From the NCBI GenBank assembly GCA_965644295.1, contig CBFFRP010000316.1, positions 1 through 18,415 of the forward strand: a stretch of 18,415 bases of DNA, read 5' to 3'. The notes beneath the pieces are model-generated. The model was not told the origin of the DNA. It worked only from the letters and a program-made list of their open reading frames with translations, and made no database searches. Positions 1 through 11,116 of the stretch are shown piece after piece. This DNA comes from Paraphysomonas bandaiensis. Lineage: Eukaryota > Protista > Chrysophyceae. The first letter of the stretch is position 1; every line of letters starts with the position of its first letter. The position numbers and the translations under genes were made by a program.

Positions 1-1044
1 GGTTACAAAGCTCTTTATCTGGCTTCCTACCATGATGCTTTCCTTTCTCTCCTCTTCTAGAATACTTTTTCTTCACCGTTGGACAATCAACAGCAAGATG
101 TTCCAGAGACTTGCAATTTCTGCATCCCGTATACTCAGCAATTCCAGGACGCTGCCCTTATATATCTCCATCCTTCTTCCTCTGCTTCCTCCTGCACTGT
201 TCAGTTGAATGGCTATGAGGAATTCCTTCTTTCCTGCAATATCGACAATTGCCCTTCTTACGCTAATCCCGTTCTGTTCGAGACCGTTTGCTCTTTTCAA
301 TGAAATTAAGCTCCTCTACCTTCTTGCGTTTCCGCTCCAACGCTATTCTTCCAGGAATGGTATCATCATACCGTTTTATCTTCCTTGATAATGTTGCATA
401 ATCAAAATCATCATCATCAAGTACAAAGCAACGTTCAAAGGAGCATATTCCTCATTCAACAGACCTTCTCGTAACCGTGTTACTTTTGAGAGCTCCGATA
501 TGTCCTGCTGCTGCTCCTGTAGCTCTTTCAGCAGTATTTCGAACCGTACTAATAGTATGTAGTCCTTAGCAGTCTCCTCCGGACGCATACGGAAAGAGCC
601 ATGCTGAGTTAATAGCTCGCTGAACTTGTTCTGCTTCCCTCCAGCAAAGCATTTCTTCAACTCATCAATCATAATATGCGCCTTAAACCTGTTGCTTCCT
701 TTTCCACCAGCCTTGAAACCTTTATGTAAAAGATGGAATTTCTGGAGCGCCTTCGAAGATGATTGCACTGCCTCTCTACAGTACGAATACGCTATGGCAT
801 TCGCCTTCCAGTACTTCATCACAGCCTGTCTGTAAGACTTATCCTCCATTAACGAGAGTGGATGTTCCCCGAAGTCGCTTTCCTTCGGTGGTGGCTCCAC
901 CGCTACCTCACTTTGCTCTTTCCTCATGAGGAATGTTTCGAAATCCTTGATCCATTGCTCAACGTTATTCTCGTTGAACTGAGGAACTACTCCTCTATCC
1001 TCCTTGTCTCCTCCTCGCTCGCTACCATATTGATAATTGCTCAT
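1..1044 (-). pseudogene. gag: Decayed LTR-retrotransposon gag (Ty1/Copia-like, UBN2-type capsid region plus CCHC zinc knuckles), running off the left edge
   Basis: The ORF 1044..376 has Copia gag hallmarks (PQFNENNVEQWIKDFETFL; FRMRPEETAKDYI..RFEILLKEL; LREGL..EYAPL). A frameshift near 420 continues into DDDDFDYATLSRKI...CRYCRKEGIPHSHSTEQC (247-194) and the canonical CX2CX4HX4C knuckle CRNCKSLEHLAVDC (124-83). In-frame stops lie at 265-263 (TAG) and 160-158 (TAA). Confidence 0.8.
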
Positions 1045-1710
1045 TTTAAGCTAGATCACAGAGAGAATTTGTCGTAAGACTAGATAGATTTATTAATATC
1101 GTTTACACGAAGTTGTGATAACCAACACTAACTCATTTTAATCCACGCATAATATCCTACATATGCGAACCTCTCGTTACTGAACATATCTTGAAAGATC
1201 AAACTATTTCAGTTTCTCAATATCATCATAGCATTTGTACATCACTACGCTTCACTGTATTCTCGTACATTGTCTTCAAGTGACATACTGAATATACTAG
1301 AATTAGATCCATATTCTAATAGTTTGTAGCGTAAGTCATTTTATCGCAGAAAAACATATGAATTGAGACTCTCAATTCGCTTACAGTGTTCAGTTCTTTC
1401 TTACTTCAAAGTTTAAAAATTTCAATATTACTGCCTTACAACATCACTTGTAATTGGACCTTTATCGCTGTGAAATCATAAACGCACATTGCTATTATCT
1501 ACTGTTAGTGTGGCTTGGTAAGATGCCCGTCATAATTCTACTAGCTGAGTACTAAATTATTACTATTTGTTTACATGGTCACTTCTATATTAAAATATAA
1601 GTGCGCGGGCTTATTCATCATTGGTATTAATATACATATACAAAGAGGTGGCGTTTTATTCAAATGGATTTATTACTGGTTCAGCAATATGGGGAAGTGG
1701 AGTATATATC

Positions 1711-2466
1711 TTAATGGCCTAAAGCACTCAACACAGGGGCAACAGCAGAGAGGTCAGCGGCAGCCTCAGCCTTTGCCTTAAGGGCGGCCTTGGCCTTCTT
1801 CTCGGCGTAGTAAGCCTGCTCCTTGGCTTTTCTCTGAGCCTCCAATTTCTCAACCAGAGGACCGTAGTTCCAGCCAAATTCTCTGGAGAGGTTTCCGAGG
1901 ACACAGAAGTTGCGATCAGATCTCAAACGAATAACTTTAATAGCCTCAGGTACAACGACACGCTTCTTCTTATCGTAAGGCTCAGGGATGCCTTCGAAAG
2001 TCTATAGATATGGATCCATTAAATCACAAACATTAAAACGATGTTTTCCTTACAGCTAGTCTAGCCATAGCCAACTGACCGCGGGAAGTCTTGTGGGGAA
2101 TCATTCCGCGAATCTGAATAATGATTATACTTAGTCAACATATATTAAGGAATTAACATTAACGTACAGATCTCCAAAGGATGCGGGCAGGAGATTTAAA
2201 GTGGAATGGTCCTCTGCCAGGATTTGTGTTCTGTCTCTTCTGAAGAAACTGGGCGTATTTAACCTTATTTCTTGTCACTACAAACGTAAATAACGCATTA
2301 GTCTTGTAGATTGCAGATAGAAGAGCAGCATACATGAGCCAGAAATCAACACTTCCTCGCATCGGACGATGACAATTCTCTTTCCATTGAGAAGCTCCTT
2401 TGCAACAACAGATGCAAGGCGCCCAAAAAGATGTCCCTTTCCGTCAATAACAATTGTGTCCGCCAT
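1711..2466 (-). CDS. RPL13A: 60S ribosomal protein uL13 (L13a), 4 exons, ~197 aa
   Basis: Exons 2466-2334, 2277-2168, 2113-2054 and 2001-1711 are joined by GT-AG introns of 56, 54 and 52 nt. The spliced product reads [28 protein letters not shown]...[33 protein letters not shown]...[19 protein letters not shown]...GWNY, the classic eukaryotic L13a signature. Confidence 0.97.
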
Positions 2467-2760
2467 AGTTGCAGTATACCAGATGAACCACTTTATGAAT
2501 AACCTTAACCCGTCCCTCTCTCTCAATGTAGTACATCTCTACAGTAGTGGAGGGAAGGGTCGAGAACCACTCCACTAAAAAAAAAACACAAAGGAATCTC
2601 AAACAGACATGTGCTTTCAGTTTTGTTTTTTTCTCCACTACATGTTGTAGCGAAAACACGTATGGAATGTTGGAGCAGCAACGCAGCAACTCTACTGGGA
2701 GCGAACTTATCATTAGAGTTGGGAACTAAGAGCACTAAGAGTACATAACTTCAGTTCGCC
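2467..2760. promoter_or_regulatory. Probable bidirectional promoter region between RPL13A and the SpoU gene
   Basis: Only 294 bp separate two divergent start codons. No specific motif was identified. Confidence 0.45.
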
Positions 2761-3405
2761 ATGGGTGAAGTAAAAAAGCGCCCGGGGTTGCTTTACTTGG
2801 CCGTTGAAACTAAATCCCGCAAAACTAACATTGGAACGATATTGCGGTGCGCAGTAGCCTTCGGATGTGATGCTCTTTGCATTGTGGGATGCAACTCTTT
2901 TAGTACACATGGTGCACATGGCTCGCAATCTCACATTTCTATTCTTCATTTTTATTATTGGACTGATTTTCAGGATTTTGTAAAGGAAAGAGGATGTCCT
3001 ATTTATGGCATTGCTAACCAACCTGACATTCACTCGAGTGCCACATCTGCTGCTGTCACCGACTTTCACCATTCTGCAGCATTTATCGTGGGAAATAAGA
3101 ATTGTGAACTGTCTCCCCCTCAGGAGGAAATAGTTGACCACACGGTTTTTGTACCGTTCTCAGGCAGATCGGATGTTGTTTACTATGTAAATATCGATGT
3201 AAAAGTGTCTATATGTCTGAATTATTTTGCGATGACAAAAGATTTTAGCGAATCTTCAGTTGAAGGGGAAAAGTATGTGGTGGATAGTTCCAGAGTTCGA
3301 TCCAAGACTGTACCGCATGTTAGTTCAGGAGCAGTAAATAGTGATAGGAGCAACGCAGAATGTGCCGTTAGTGCTGCTAATATGTTTTTAGAATCTGATT
3401 ACTGA
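2761..3405 (+). CDS. SpoU/TrmH-family (SPOUT) tRNA/rRNA methyltransferase-like protein, intronless, 214 aa
   Basis: Motif 1 is intact (KTNIGTILRCAVAFG). FSTHGAHGS and the motif 2/3 regions (AFIVGNKNCELS...DHTVFVPFSG...VNIDVKVSICL) are recognisable but divergent. Confidence 0.85.
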   Translation: MGEVKKRPGLLYLAVETKSRKTNIGTILRCAVAFGCDALCIVGCNSFSTHGAHGSQSHISILHFYYWTDFQDFVKERGCPIYGIANQPDIHSSATSAAVTDFHHSAAFIVGNKNCELSPPQEEIVDHTVFVPFSGRSDVVYYVNIDVKVSICLNYFAMTKDFSESSVEGEKYVVDSSRVRSKTVPHVSSGAVNSDRSNAECAVSAANMFLESDY

Positions 3406-3558
3406 TGAGTTTTTGATGTGTTTTTTCCATTATTTATTCTTCAAGTCCATAGGAAAGTTGTGGGTAGCTGTAGCTTTGCAATACTGGCAGAATAGGATAC
3501 AGGATACTGTATAATATATAATAATATCTACTATCTACAATTCCTGTACTATGGAGTA

Positions 3559-3614
3559 TTACTAAGTGTGGTAATAGTGTTACTAAGTGTGAATAGAAGT
3601 AAGTGTTACTAAGT
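3559..3614. repeat. Short direct repeat TTACTAAGT(GTG) x3
   Basis: TTACTAAGTGTG at 3559 and 3580, TTACTAAGT at 3606. Confidence 0.6.
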
Positions 3615-4028
3615 TCGAAAATATTGCTAGTCTGAGGAATCGTGTATAAATGTTAAAGAATTAATGATGATTATATTTTCTCCAACACTCTGATTATTAC
3701 AGAAAGCATACACGGACAAGAGTAAATGTAGAAATTTACAGTGAATTACTTTAATTCCCAATTTTCAGAGGTAAAAACTATTCGATTAGGGTTAGGGGTG
3801 GAGGCGAGTCGTTTCCCCCCCGTTTTTAACGAGGAACTAAACAATAATCAAGCAAGTGTGCAAATTGGACCAGTGGTGACTGCTATATGGGGTCTAATTA
3901 TCTAATTATAGACAAAAAGTGTCGCCCATAACTCTTCATCACCCCTTTGTGATATACGGATAATAACACTCAGGAATAAAACATCGATGAAAAAAATCAT
4001 ATAAATTCCATGTAAAATCATATATGTA

Positions 4029-5168
4029 CTACTTCAGGCTAGTTGAATTCTCATCGCATATACTGCTTTTAGCAAATGGCACCGCTGAATATACACTTCG
4101 TATAAAACTCATCTCAAACCGCTTGATAACAGGAAGGGAAATTGGACCTCTTTTTATGAAGTGGTCGTAGAATCTGTATCTACCTATCACTCGCCAAGAT
4201 TTCATAGTGAAGTCCCAGCTCTCCACATATAAGTCGTTTCTCCAGTTCTGACCGTAAGGTTGCACTATTTCGATGTGAGACACTATAACATCGTCTGTAA
4301 ACTCACACCCTAGGTAAAACTTTTCATCTTCATCCTTCTGACCAGCCCAGATGTTGCCCAAGTGAAAGATCGCTTGATTAGCACTCTGTTGCGGATCATA
4401 ATGACCAGATGAGAAAGCTCTGACAGGAACCAAGACTTGATCCTCAAGTCCATAGAATACGAGGGACTTGACATCCCATCCCCAATGTTTACTTTCTTCA
4501 CAGGAGACACGCCACAAATGGGACGCCTCAATCTCATCACGGTGGCACATAAGAGTGACATCACTATCCGTTACTGGAGCGCTTTTACCAAATTCAGCCA
4601 ATGCGATAACAGCTATACTCTCTGGAAGTTCTCTAATCTTCTTCTCTGTAAAACTACATAACTCCGTGACAAACAATATAGGCACATTGTTACCTCTGTA
4701 GTGGGATATTCGGTACTTAACCCGATAATCTAGGTAGTTACTTGGATACTCATGCCAATTATGACCCCCCCAGAACTCCACGGTGATAGTTTTCAAATCC
4801 CCAGTTCTAGAGCAAGGATCCTTCTCGTGGGTGATACACACATGCCGTATGTCAACAGCACGATGGAATATGGCACCGATATATATCTGGCCATTCAATG
4901 GTTGGCCTCGCCATTCATAAGCATAATAATTATAAGCATATCCATCTTTCTTTTTTATTACAACGTTATCGTGCGCTCTGAAATCTTGATGAGAGCCTGT
5001 AGAGAGGCCTTTTTTAGGTGTAACGAGAGTACCACTGGCATCACGGAACTCTAGCCGTACAACTACCCACTCATCACCTTGTCGAGCACCTTCTCTCCAT
5101 CTCAATCGAATCTTAGATATATTGATTGGTTTAAGTTTCTCGGAAATTACAGCATCATCTCTTTCCAT
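4029..5168 (-). CDS. Uncharacterised intronless 379-aa protein with two internal repeats, probably galactose-binding-like/discoidin (F5/8 type C-like) domains
   Basis: Long clean ORF. Repeat 1 (RLRW...EWVVVRLEFRD...LVTPKKGLSTG...WRGQ...IYIGAIF..AVDIRHVCI...ITVEFW...W) aligns with repeat 2 (WRVS...GWDVKSLVFYG...LVPVRAFSSG...WAGQ...FYLGCEF..DVIVSHIEI...LYVESW...W). The fold assignment is by eye. Confidence 0.7.
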   Translation of the reverse strand: MERDDAVISEKLKPINISKIRLRWREGARQGDEWVVVRLEFRDASGTLVTPKKGLSTGSHQDFRAHDNVVIKKKDGYAYNYYAYEWRGQPLNGQIYIGAIFHRAVDIRHVCITHEKDPCSRTGDLKTITVEFWGGHNWHEYPSNYLDYRVKYRISHYRGNNVPILFVTELCSFTEKKIRELPESIAVIALAEFGKSAPVTDSDVTLMCHRDEIEASHLWRVSCEESKHWGWDVKSLVFYGLEDQVLVPVRAFSSGHYDPQQSANQAIFHLGNIWAGQKDEDEKFYLGCEFTDDVIVSHIEIVQPYGQNWRNDLYVESWDFTMKSWRVIGRYRFYDHFIKRGPISLPVIKRFEMSFIRSVYSAVPFAKSSICDENSTSLK

Positions 5169-5636
5169 TGAAATTCGGAAGGCAGCTCAGTTCAGTTCAG
5201 AGATGCTCAATAATACTATCTGAAACTATCCTTAAAAAGTAATCACACAAATACTGATGCTACTTCTGAACTTGATAGTATTTGCGTCAATCCATTGGCA
5301 TGTATGCAAGCAGATATCTCTCACAACAAGCTCCCTGCTATAGTGGTATCTTGTACACGTTTCACCTGTGCGTGAGATATGGCTACACCATAGGTCTCAG
5401 TTGCGCCTTCACAGTATACACAGTGTATACAGACCGTAGTCTGCACCAGCGGTGGGAAAGCAAGGTGCATTGATGTATGATTGAGACTACTGCAGCCCCT
5501 CAATGCTCCATACACCAATATATTATACATATTTTGTACGTATATATCTCATCCTCTTGCCTCCACATTACAATAAACTAGAGTCACACACTGTTTATTC
5601 ATCACAATATCTTACTGTATTAAATATAATACTGCG

Positions 5637-7777
5637 ATGCTTCGTAACCGAACGCTGACTAGGGCGATTAGTGCAGCCCTGCAGGTACTGCTCCGGATGA
5701 CTCATTCATTCCAGCTAATGTTCGTGTAGTCTCATAGCAAAAGCACTGTGTCAAGAGTTCCCAAACGATTCCATTTTCACTATGCCGCTTCAAATGCTAG
5801 GTATATTGATATCATTTACAGATGTTTGTTAGTTATGTGCTCTCAGACTTTTGCGTACGCCGTTAGCTATGACTCTTCCGCGCTTTATGTCTGGTTGGGA
5901 CTTAAGTTTTGCACGTCTTACTCGTTTTTCTCACTAAATAGTTGCAGGGGTGGTTAACGTACCACTGGAGAGTTTAGGCGAATCCATTTCTAGTGCAGTG
6001 CTTGTGGAATGGCAGAAAAAGGCCGGTGACGCTGTCAGTGTTGACGATGTCGTTGCTGTTGTGGAGACTGACAAGGTAACCTCCTCACGTAGTTGCACGA
6101 ATAAACCGCACCAACAATTTGTAGGTTACCATGGATATTCGTGCGAAAGAGAGTGGAGTCTTCGGGGAAGCTTTCGTCGAAGCTGGTGGCGAGGTGTGTA
6201 TATGAGTTTATGAAAGGTGAACCTGAGGAACTTCTGTAGGTCTCTGTGGGCAGCAACTTGTATTCCCTAGACACCGACGGTTCTGCATCTGCTACTAATA
6301 ACAAGGATGTACAATCATCGGATTCGTCTTGTGAAGTTTCTGCTACTACATCAGAGGAGAACTCTTCCTCCTCCCAGGGGGCTCGTATTCAGGTGGATGT
6401 ACCTAGTATGGGTGAGTCCATAACCCAGGGTGTTCTGGCTTCTTGGAATGTCAGCCCAGGAGAAAACGTTGAATCCGGTGATGTCCTAGCTATCATTGAA
6501 ACTGACAAGGTACAGTGCGTATGCATCAGGTCGTGTGTGGGCATTTATAGTTGTGTGTAATCTATAGGTGTCGGTGGATGTAATTGCCCAGCACACCGGA
6601 AAGCTCGTTGAGGTTTTTGCCGCCGCTGGAGATGAGGTTGATGTTGGTAAACCCCTATATATCATCGAAGAGGGCGCTGGGGGATCGAAAAAGCCTGCTA
6701 CTGACTCTGCACCTAAAGAGAATGCTAAGAAGCCCGAACCCGAGCCTTCAGCTCCCAAACAGGAATCCAAACCCACCAGTACAGAGAAGTCCGATCCCGC
6801 AAAGAGTTCCTCCCCCACCATACAGACCTCCCCTACTGGCGGTAATTCTACCAACGACCGCTCTGAAACCCGAGTGAAGATGACACGCATGCGTCAGCGC
6901 ATTGCACAGAGGTTCACATAATTTTCTGTATGTAACCTGCTTCCATTTCTAACTATTTCTTGTGTTGTTATAGACTAAAAGAGGCACAGAATACCGCTGC
7001 AATGCTTACTACTTTCCAAGAAGTTGATATGGGTCCATTGATGGACATGCGAAACAAACATAAGGATGAATTCCAAAAGGTTCATGGTGTTAAACTCGGA
7101 TTCATGAGCGCTTTTGTGAAGGTGCAAGTTAGATATAGTACGTTTCTGTTGTTTCATTGTTGTACGAAATAGGCCTCTGCCGCTGCTCTTGTGGAAATTC
7201 CTGCCATTAATGGGCGCATTGATGACGCCTCAAAGGAGATTGTGTACCATAATTATGTAGACATCTCAGTTGCCGTGGCTTCTCCTACTGGGCTGGTTGT
7301 CCCTGTTCTCCGCAATTGCGAAAATATGTCATTTGCTGTATGTATATCTGGATCATATGTACTACATAGCTAACACAATGAATGTGTAATAGGATATAGA
7401 GAAAACCATTGGAATGTACAGTCAGAAGGCGAAGGATGGCTCGATGGCTATTGAAGATATGGCTGGAGGTAGTACTCATAGATTTTCGGTGAAGTATACC
7501 ATAATGTATATCAGGAACTTTCACTATCTCTAATGGTGGAGTCTTTGGATCACTCTATGGTACTCCAATCATTAACCCACCTCAATCTGCTATTTTGGGT
7601 ATGCACGCCACTAAAATGAGAGCTGTTGTTGTGAATGGTAAGGTGGAGGCCCGACCGATGATGTACTTGGCACTGACTTACGATCACCGCTTAATCGACG
7701 GAAGAGAAGCCGTCACATTCCTCAAGTCTCTCCAAGGCAAGATAGAGGACCCTTCAAGAATCCTTCTGGACTTATAA
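5637..7777 (+). CDS. DLST: Mitochondrial dihydrolipoyllysine-residue succinyltransferase (2-oxoglutarate dehydrogenase E2), 11 exons, two lipoyl domains
   Basis: Exons: 5637-5684, 5730-5800, 5847-5893, 5942(or 5948)-6075, 6125-6193, 6240-6509, 6568-6911, 6974-7121, 7173-7337, 7393-7468, 7515-7777. GT-AG introns are 45-62 nt. The product has an Arg-rich presequence ([16 protein letters not shown]), two ETDKV lipoyl motifs, [42 protein letters not shown] and the catalytic [12 protein letters not shown]. Confidence 0.96.
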
Positions 7778-9076
7778 TTGAAGTTTCCAGCCGATTGTAG
7801 TGTTAACTGGGCACTCAGTTTGCGCCAAGTCCAGTAACAGATGCGATGATAAATCCCTTATCGTAAAATATTAAGAAGAATTTAATTATTCCTCTTACGT
7901 TATACCTCTGCTCTACAGTTACTAAATACGTAGCTAAATTCTTTTGTTTTATATACTATATACGTTCAAGCGATTCCATAATTTTAAGTGGAACGTAGTT
8001 GTTTTGGTTTATATTCAACAAATACGATGTATAGAAGTTAGGTATCAATGATTCGCAATAACGTTTAAGAAAAGACCAAAGGATAAATATTCATACTGTT
8101 CATTGCTATGTAAGCGTGATATGTGGTTTATATTAACTGCTGTAAGAACTTTAGGTATATTCGTTATTTCTTGGAAATGAGTGCCGTAATTGGCGAACCC
8201 ATCAGAAAGCGTAGGAAATGAAGACATAGAAGCCTCCATGAAATTAAAAGAAATAAAGAGATTTCTAATTTCTAATTGTTGTCCTCCCGTTATTATTGTA
8301 GTTGCACCGTTGCACCACATCCTGCCACTGCTAATAACTACTTAATGCCAAATAAAGTGCAGATAAAGTGCGAAGGGAATGTTCAAACAATTAGACTCAG
8401 TACTACTTGTAGGGCGATAATCAGGGATATTTTCTACTATATTGCTATACTACTTCTACAGATGGATTTTTTTTACAGTTACTTCGAATCTGATTTTACT
8501 TTGTCTGGACCAGTATGAGAATGATATAACGAGTAATGGGAGTGTCTGCGGGTGAGGAGCGCTCGTTAGATGTGACAAGAGAAGAGCACCATACAAGCAC
8601 AATAAAATGGTGATGTGGCAAATATATTACAGGAAGAGAGGTTGGCTTGACCACCTGCTATGCAGTGCTTGACGAAAATAATTATTTTTAGTTGAGCACC
8701 CTCGACAATCTACATGTGTAGACTTATGTAATGCTCCTAGCACGCGACAGCTATACGCACATATCCCTGCACATGTTCTGATACAGCTACATCTCCTTCA
8801 ATACATACACATCCCTGTGAACAGCAGCACTAGGAATTCCTACATCAGTTGACACTGCGTAGCTAACATGTCGGCAACATGGTGATATTTTTGTTCTCAA
8901 TAGCAAGTTCCCGCATCTCGTAGTATACTGTATTACAGTAGATCACCCACGGTTGGAGTTCTTACACATAATCCATGAATTTAACTCAGCGAATCAATGT
9001 GTTCCATATATAAACGATTGGCTATATGTTGGAAAATGAGTATTGTGAGCCCTCCAACCCTTGCGAATCATAATTC

Positions 9077-9631
9077 ATGTCAGTGACATCACTCTGCTGT
9101 GTTAAAATTAGATGGAAATGTGCACATGGATTAGACTGCATGACGTATGTTTTGAGTAAGTACTGAATAAACTAACTAATACTCTTATATTAAACATTTT
9201 GATAAAGTGAATGATTGTTGCACCAACAAAAGTGTTGATTGTGTGAATATGACTGTAGAGAGCACGAATGCACCTGAACACCACGTAACGTCTAAAATAT
9301 ATGTCCATGGCTTGCCATCATCTGTCACCGTCAGAGATGTTATTGATCTCTTTTCCAATTGCGGTGTAGTTACTTCTGCGGTTTTAGATTATCGTATTGA
9401 TAATGGAAATGTCGTCACCACGACAGGAGGGGCTACACTTCGCATTACTGGTCCCTTGGACCTGGAAAGTAGAGTTGCTGACAATGTATCCCGAAAGATC
9501 GGGGACAGTGATTATTCTAATCTTAAGGTAGATGAATGTGTGAAATTGCTCCGTGTATTTTACATGCAGCACAGGTTGTGTTCCAGGAAACAACTCGTAC
9601 TTATTTCAACGCTGCGTCGAAGTCAGAATGA
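9077..9631 (+). CDS. Small single-RRM protein (divergent); 5' end uncertain
   Basis: RNP2-like KIYVHGLPSSVTVRDVIDLFSNCGVV. Intron 9528-9574 joins NLK to VVFQETTRTYFNAASKSE-stop (TGA 9629-9631). The upstream intron 9156-9207 has a GTAAGT donor and a CTAAC branch point. The start is either ATG 9077 or the A|TG formed across that junction. Confidence 0.6.
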
Positions 9632-10504
9632 AAAGTTCTGTAATTGAACATCACGGCGATATGTAAATAAATATAATAGATTATCCTGTTATGATGTTCA
9701 ATGTATTTTATAGCGATTGATTTGGATGCATCATTCAATGCGAAGTTATGATTACGATATAAATGTGATGCCGAATTACCCGACCGTGAAGTTGTACGTG
9801 TAGTTAAGTATCTAAGTAGCCCATTTTTATGTCATTCTACTTGTAATAGTTGTTTACAGCGTATTGATAGCACAAAATAGTAGGTTTATTTGGAACATCT
9901 GGTGTGTGCCCGACATCTCGTAATCACATTATATACAATATATACAACACGCTTAACCTCTGCTAGTGCAACGAAATATGCAATCCTAATAAGCACGACG
10001 TAACTTAATCCCTAAAAGGGTGCTCCAAATCGCTTCAGCATCAGATGTGGCATGCAAAGTTTTGGTTATGAAAAATGAAAATAGATCTCTTGCACCGTCA
10101 CTGTATTATGCACAATCTTCCACATCAGATAATGGATGGAGTACTACAACTTGAAGTGTTTGATGTAGTTATATTTAACCACGAGAAATAAAGATGCTAT
10201 ATCGTCTCGCGTTCAAAATTTTGAAACGGTTGCAAAGAGCTTGAGTTTTCTTAATTGCAAAGGGACGACATAGCCTTCTTATAACTAGGTTAAATTGTAG
10301 CTGCTTGTCCTCGTGATGTTGAAAGCCAGGTATATCTTGATTCTTGATTGTATACCTATTTATAGCTGGCTTTCTGTAAGAGAAATTAGGTGTAACATTA
10401 TGAAAACCAAAGTATCGTTTCAAATCATTGGTATCTATACATACGTTTAGGGAATGGCAATTATACTAGATTAACTCAAAACATTTTATTTCCGAATTTT
10501 AATA

Positions 10505-11116
10505 TGTAACAACAAATGTACCCCTACCACGTGACTCAACCCCTGAGAGGACTGTGCCCCATACTGACAGCGTAACTAATCACTGCGTGCGGCCCTCTAG
10601 TGGGCGCTGCTGAGTGTTGCGACCGCGCACCTCTACCTATGTACACATTACTTTTAGTTCAGCGCTTCCCCACCCGGGTTTTCACTGCATATTTAGCGCT
10701 AAATACCGTGTGATATGATGTAGCTAGTTGGGTTCAGTAGGTAGCTAGCAAATAACGTATGGGACTTAATCAAGTATTAGTTAGGTACCCGCCTCAAGGT
10801 CCGGGGTATTGGACTACCTACTGAAGTCAAGCATCCGGGCTGCTCATCTTAAGGACTAAAATATCTTGAAGTCAACAGATGTTAGGTATATCAACATTCT
10901 GCTTGCTCACTGCGTTAGCTTTAAAAGTGATAGAGCCTAAAGTGGCTGCACCTTGGTGCTTGCGGTGTGACGGGGTGACCCACAAGCAGCTTTCGTAGCA
11001 CTAAATTATAGTTCTGACTCTTAAACACCTATTGCTAATAATAAGACATTCACACAACTTTTTAGAAACAGAATGGGGATAATATATTTTTTATATTACT
11101 TTAATTTTTGGTTACA
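10505..11116. mobile_element. LTR-like segment (solo or orphaned LTR), 612 bp
   Basis: Begins TGTAACAACAAA and ends TTTTTGGTTACA (TG...CA with a TGTAAC/GTTACA terminal inverted repeat). It is GC-richer than its flanks, non-coding, and followed by the PBS-like GGGGCGCC. No target-site duplication is visible. Confidence 0.45.

Noticed and set aside
158-265. In-frame TAA/TAG in gag as a sign of a reassigned genetic code
   Set aside because: Host genes end normally at TAA/TAG/TGA with no internal stops, and the gag also carries a frameshift, so this is decay.
1108-1130. Possible primer-binding site TGGTTATCAC on the minus strand upstream of gag
   Set aside because: It is not preceded by a CA LTR end, and no matching LTR could be delimited.
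3559-3614. Short repeats as a CRISPR-like array
   Set aside because: Repeats of 9-12 nt with 9-14 nt gaps in eukaryotic intergenic DNA are far too short, and there are no cas genes.
3786-3797. TTAGGGTTAGGG telomere-like motif
   Set aside because: Only two units, internal and intergenic; not evidence of a telomere.
8045-8518. Short ORFs between DLST and the RRM gene
   Set aside because: No recognisable domain or convincing exon chain.
10175-10423. 82-aa minus-strand ORF
   Set aside because: No motif, non-ATG start, AT-rich context.
11060-11085. ACAGAATGGGGAT resembling the RNase P/MRP 3' conserved region
   Set aside because: No matching 5' GAAAGUC-type P4 strand was found upstream.
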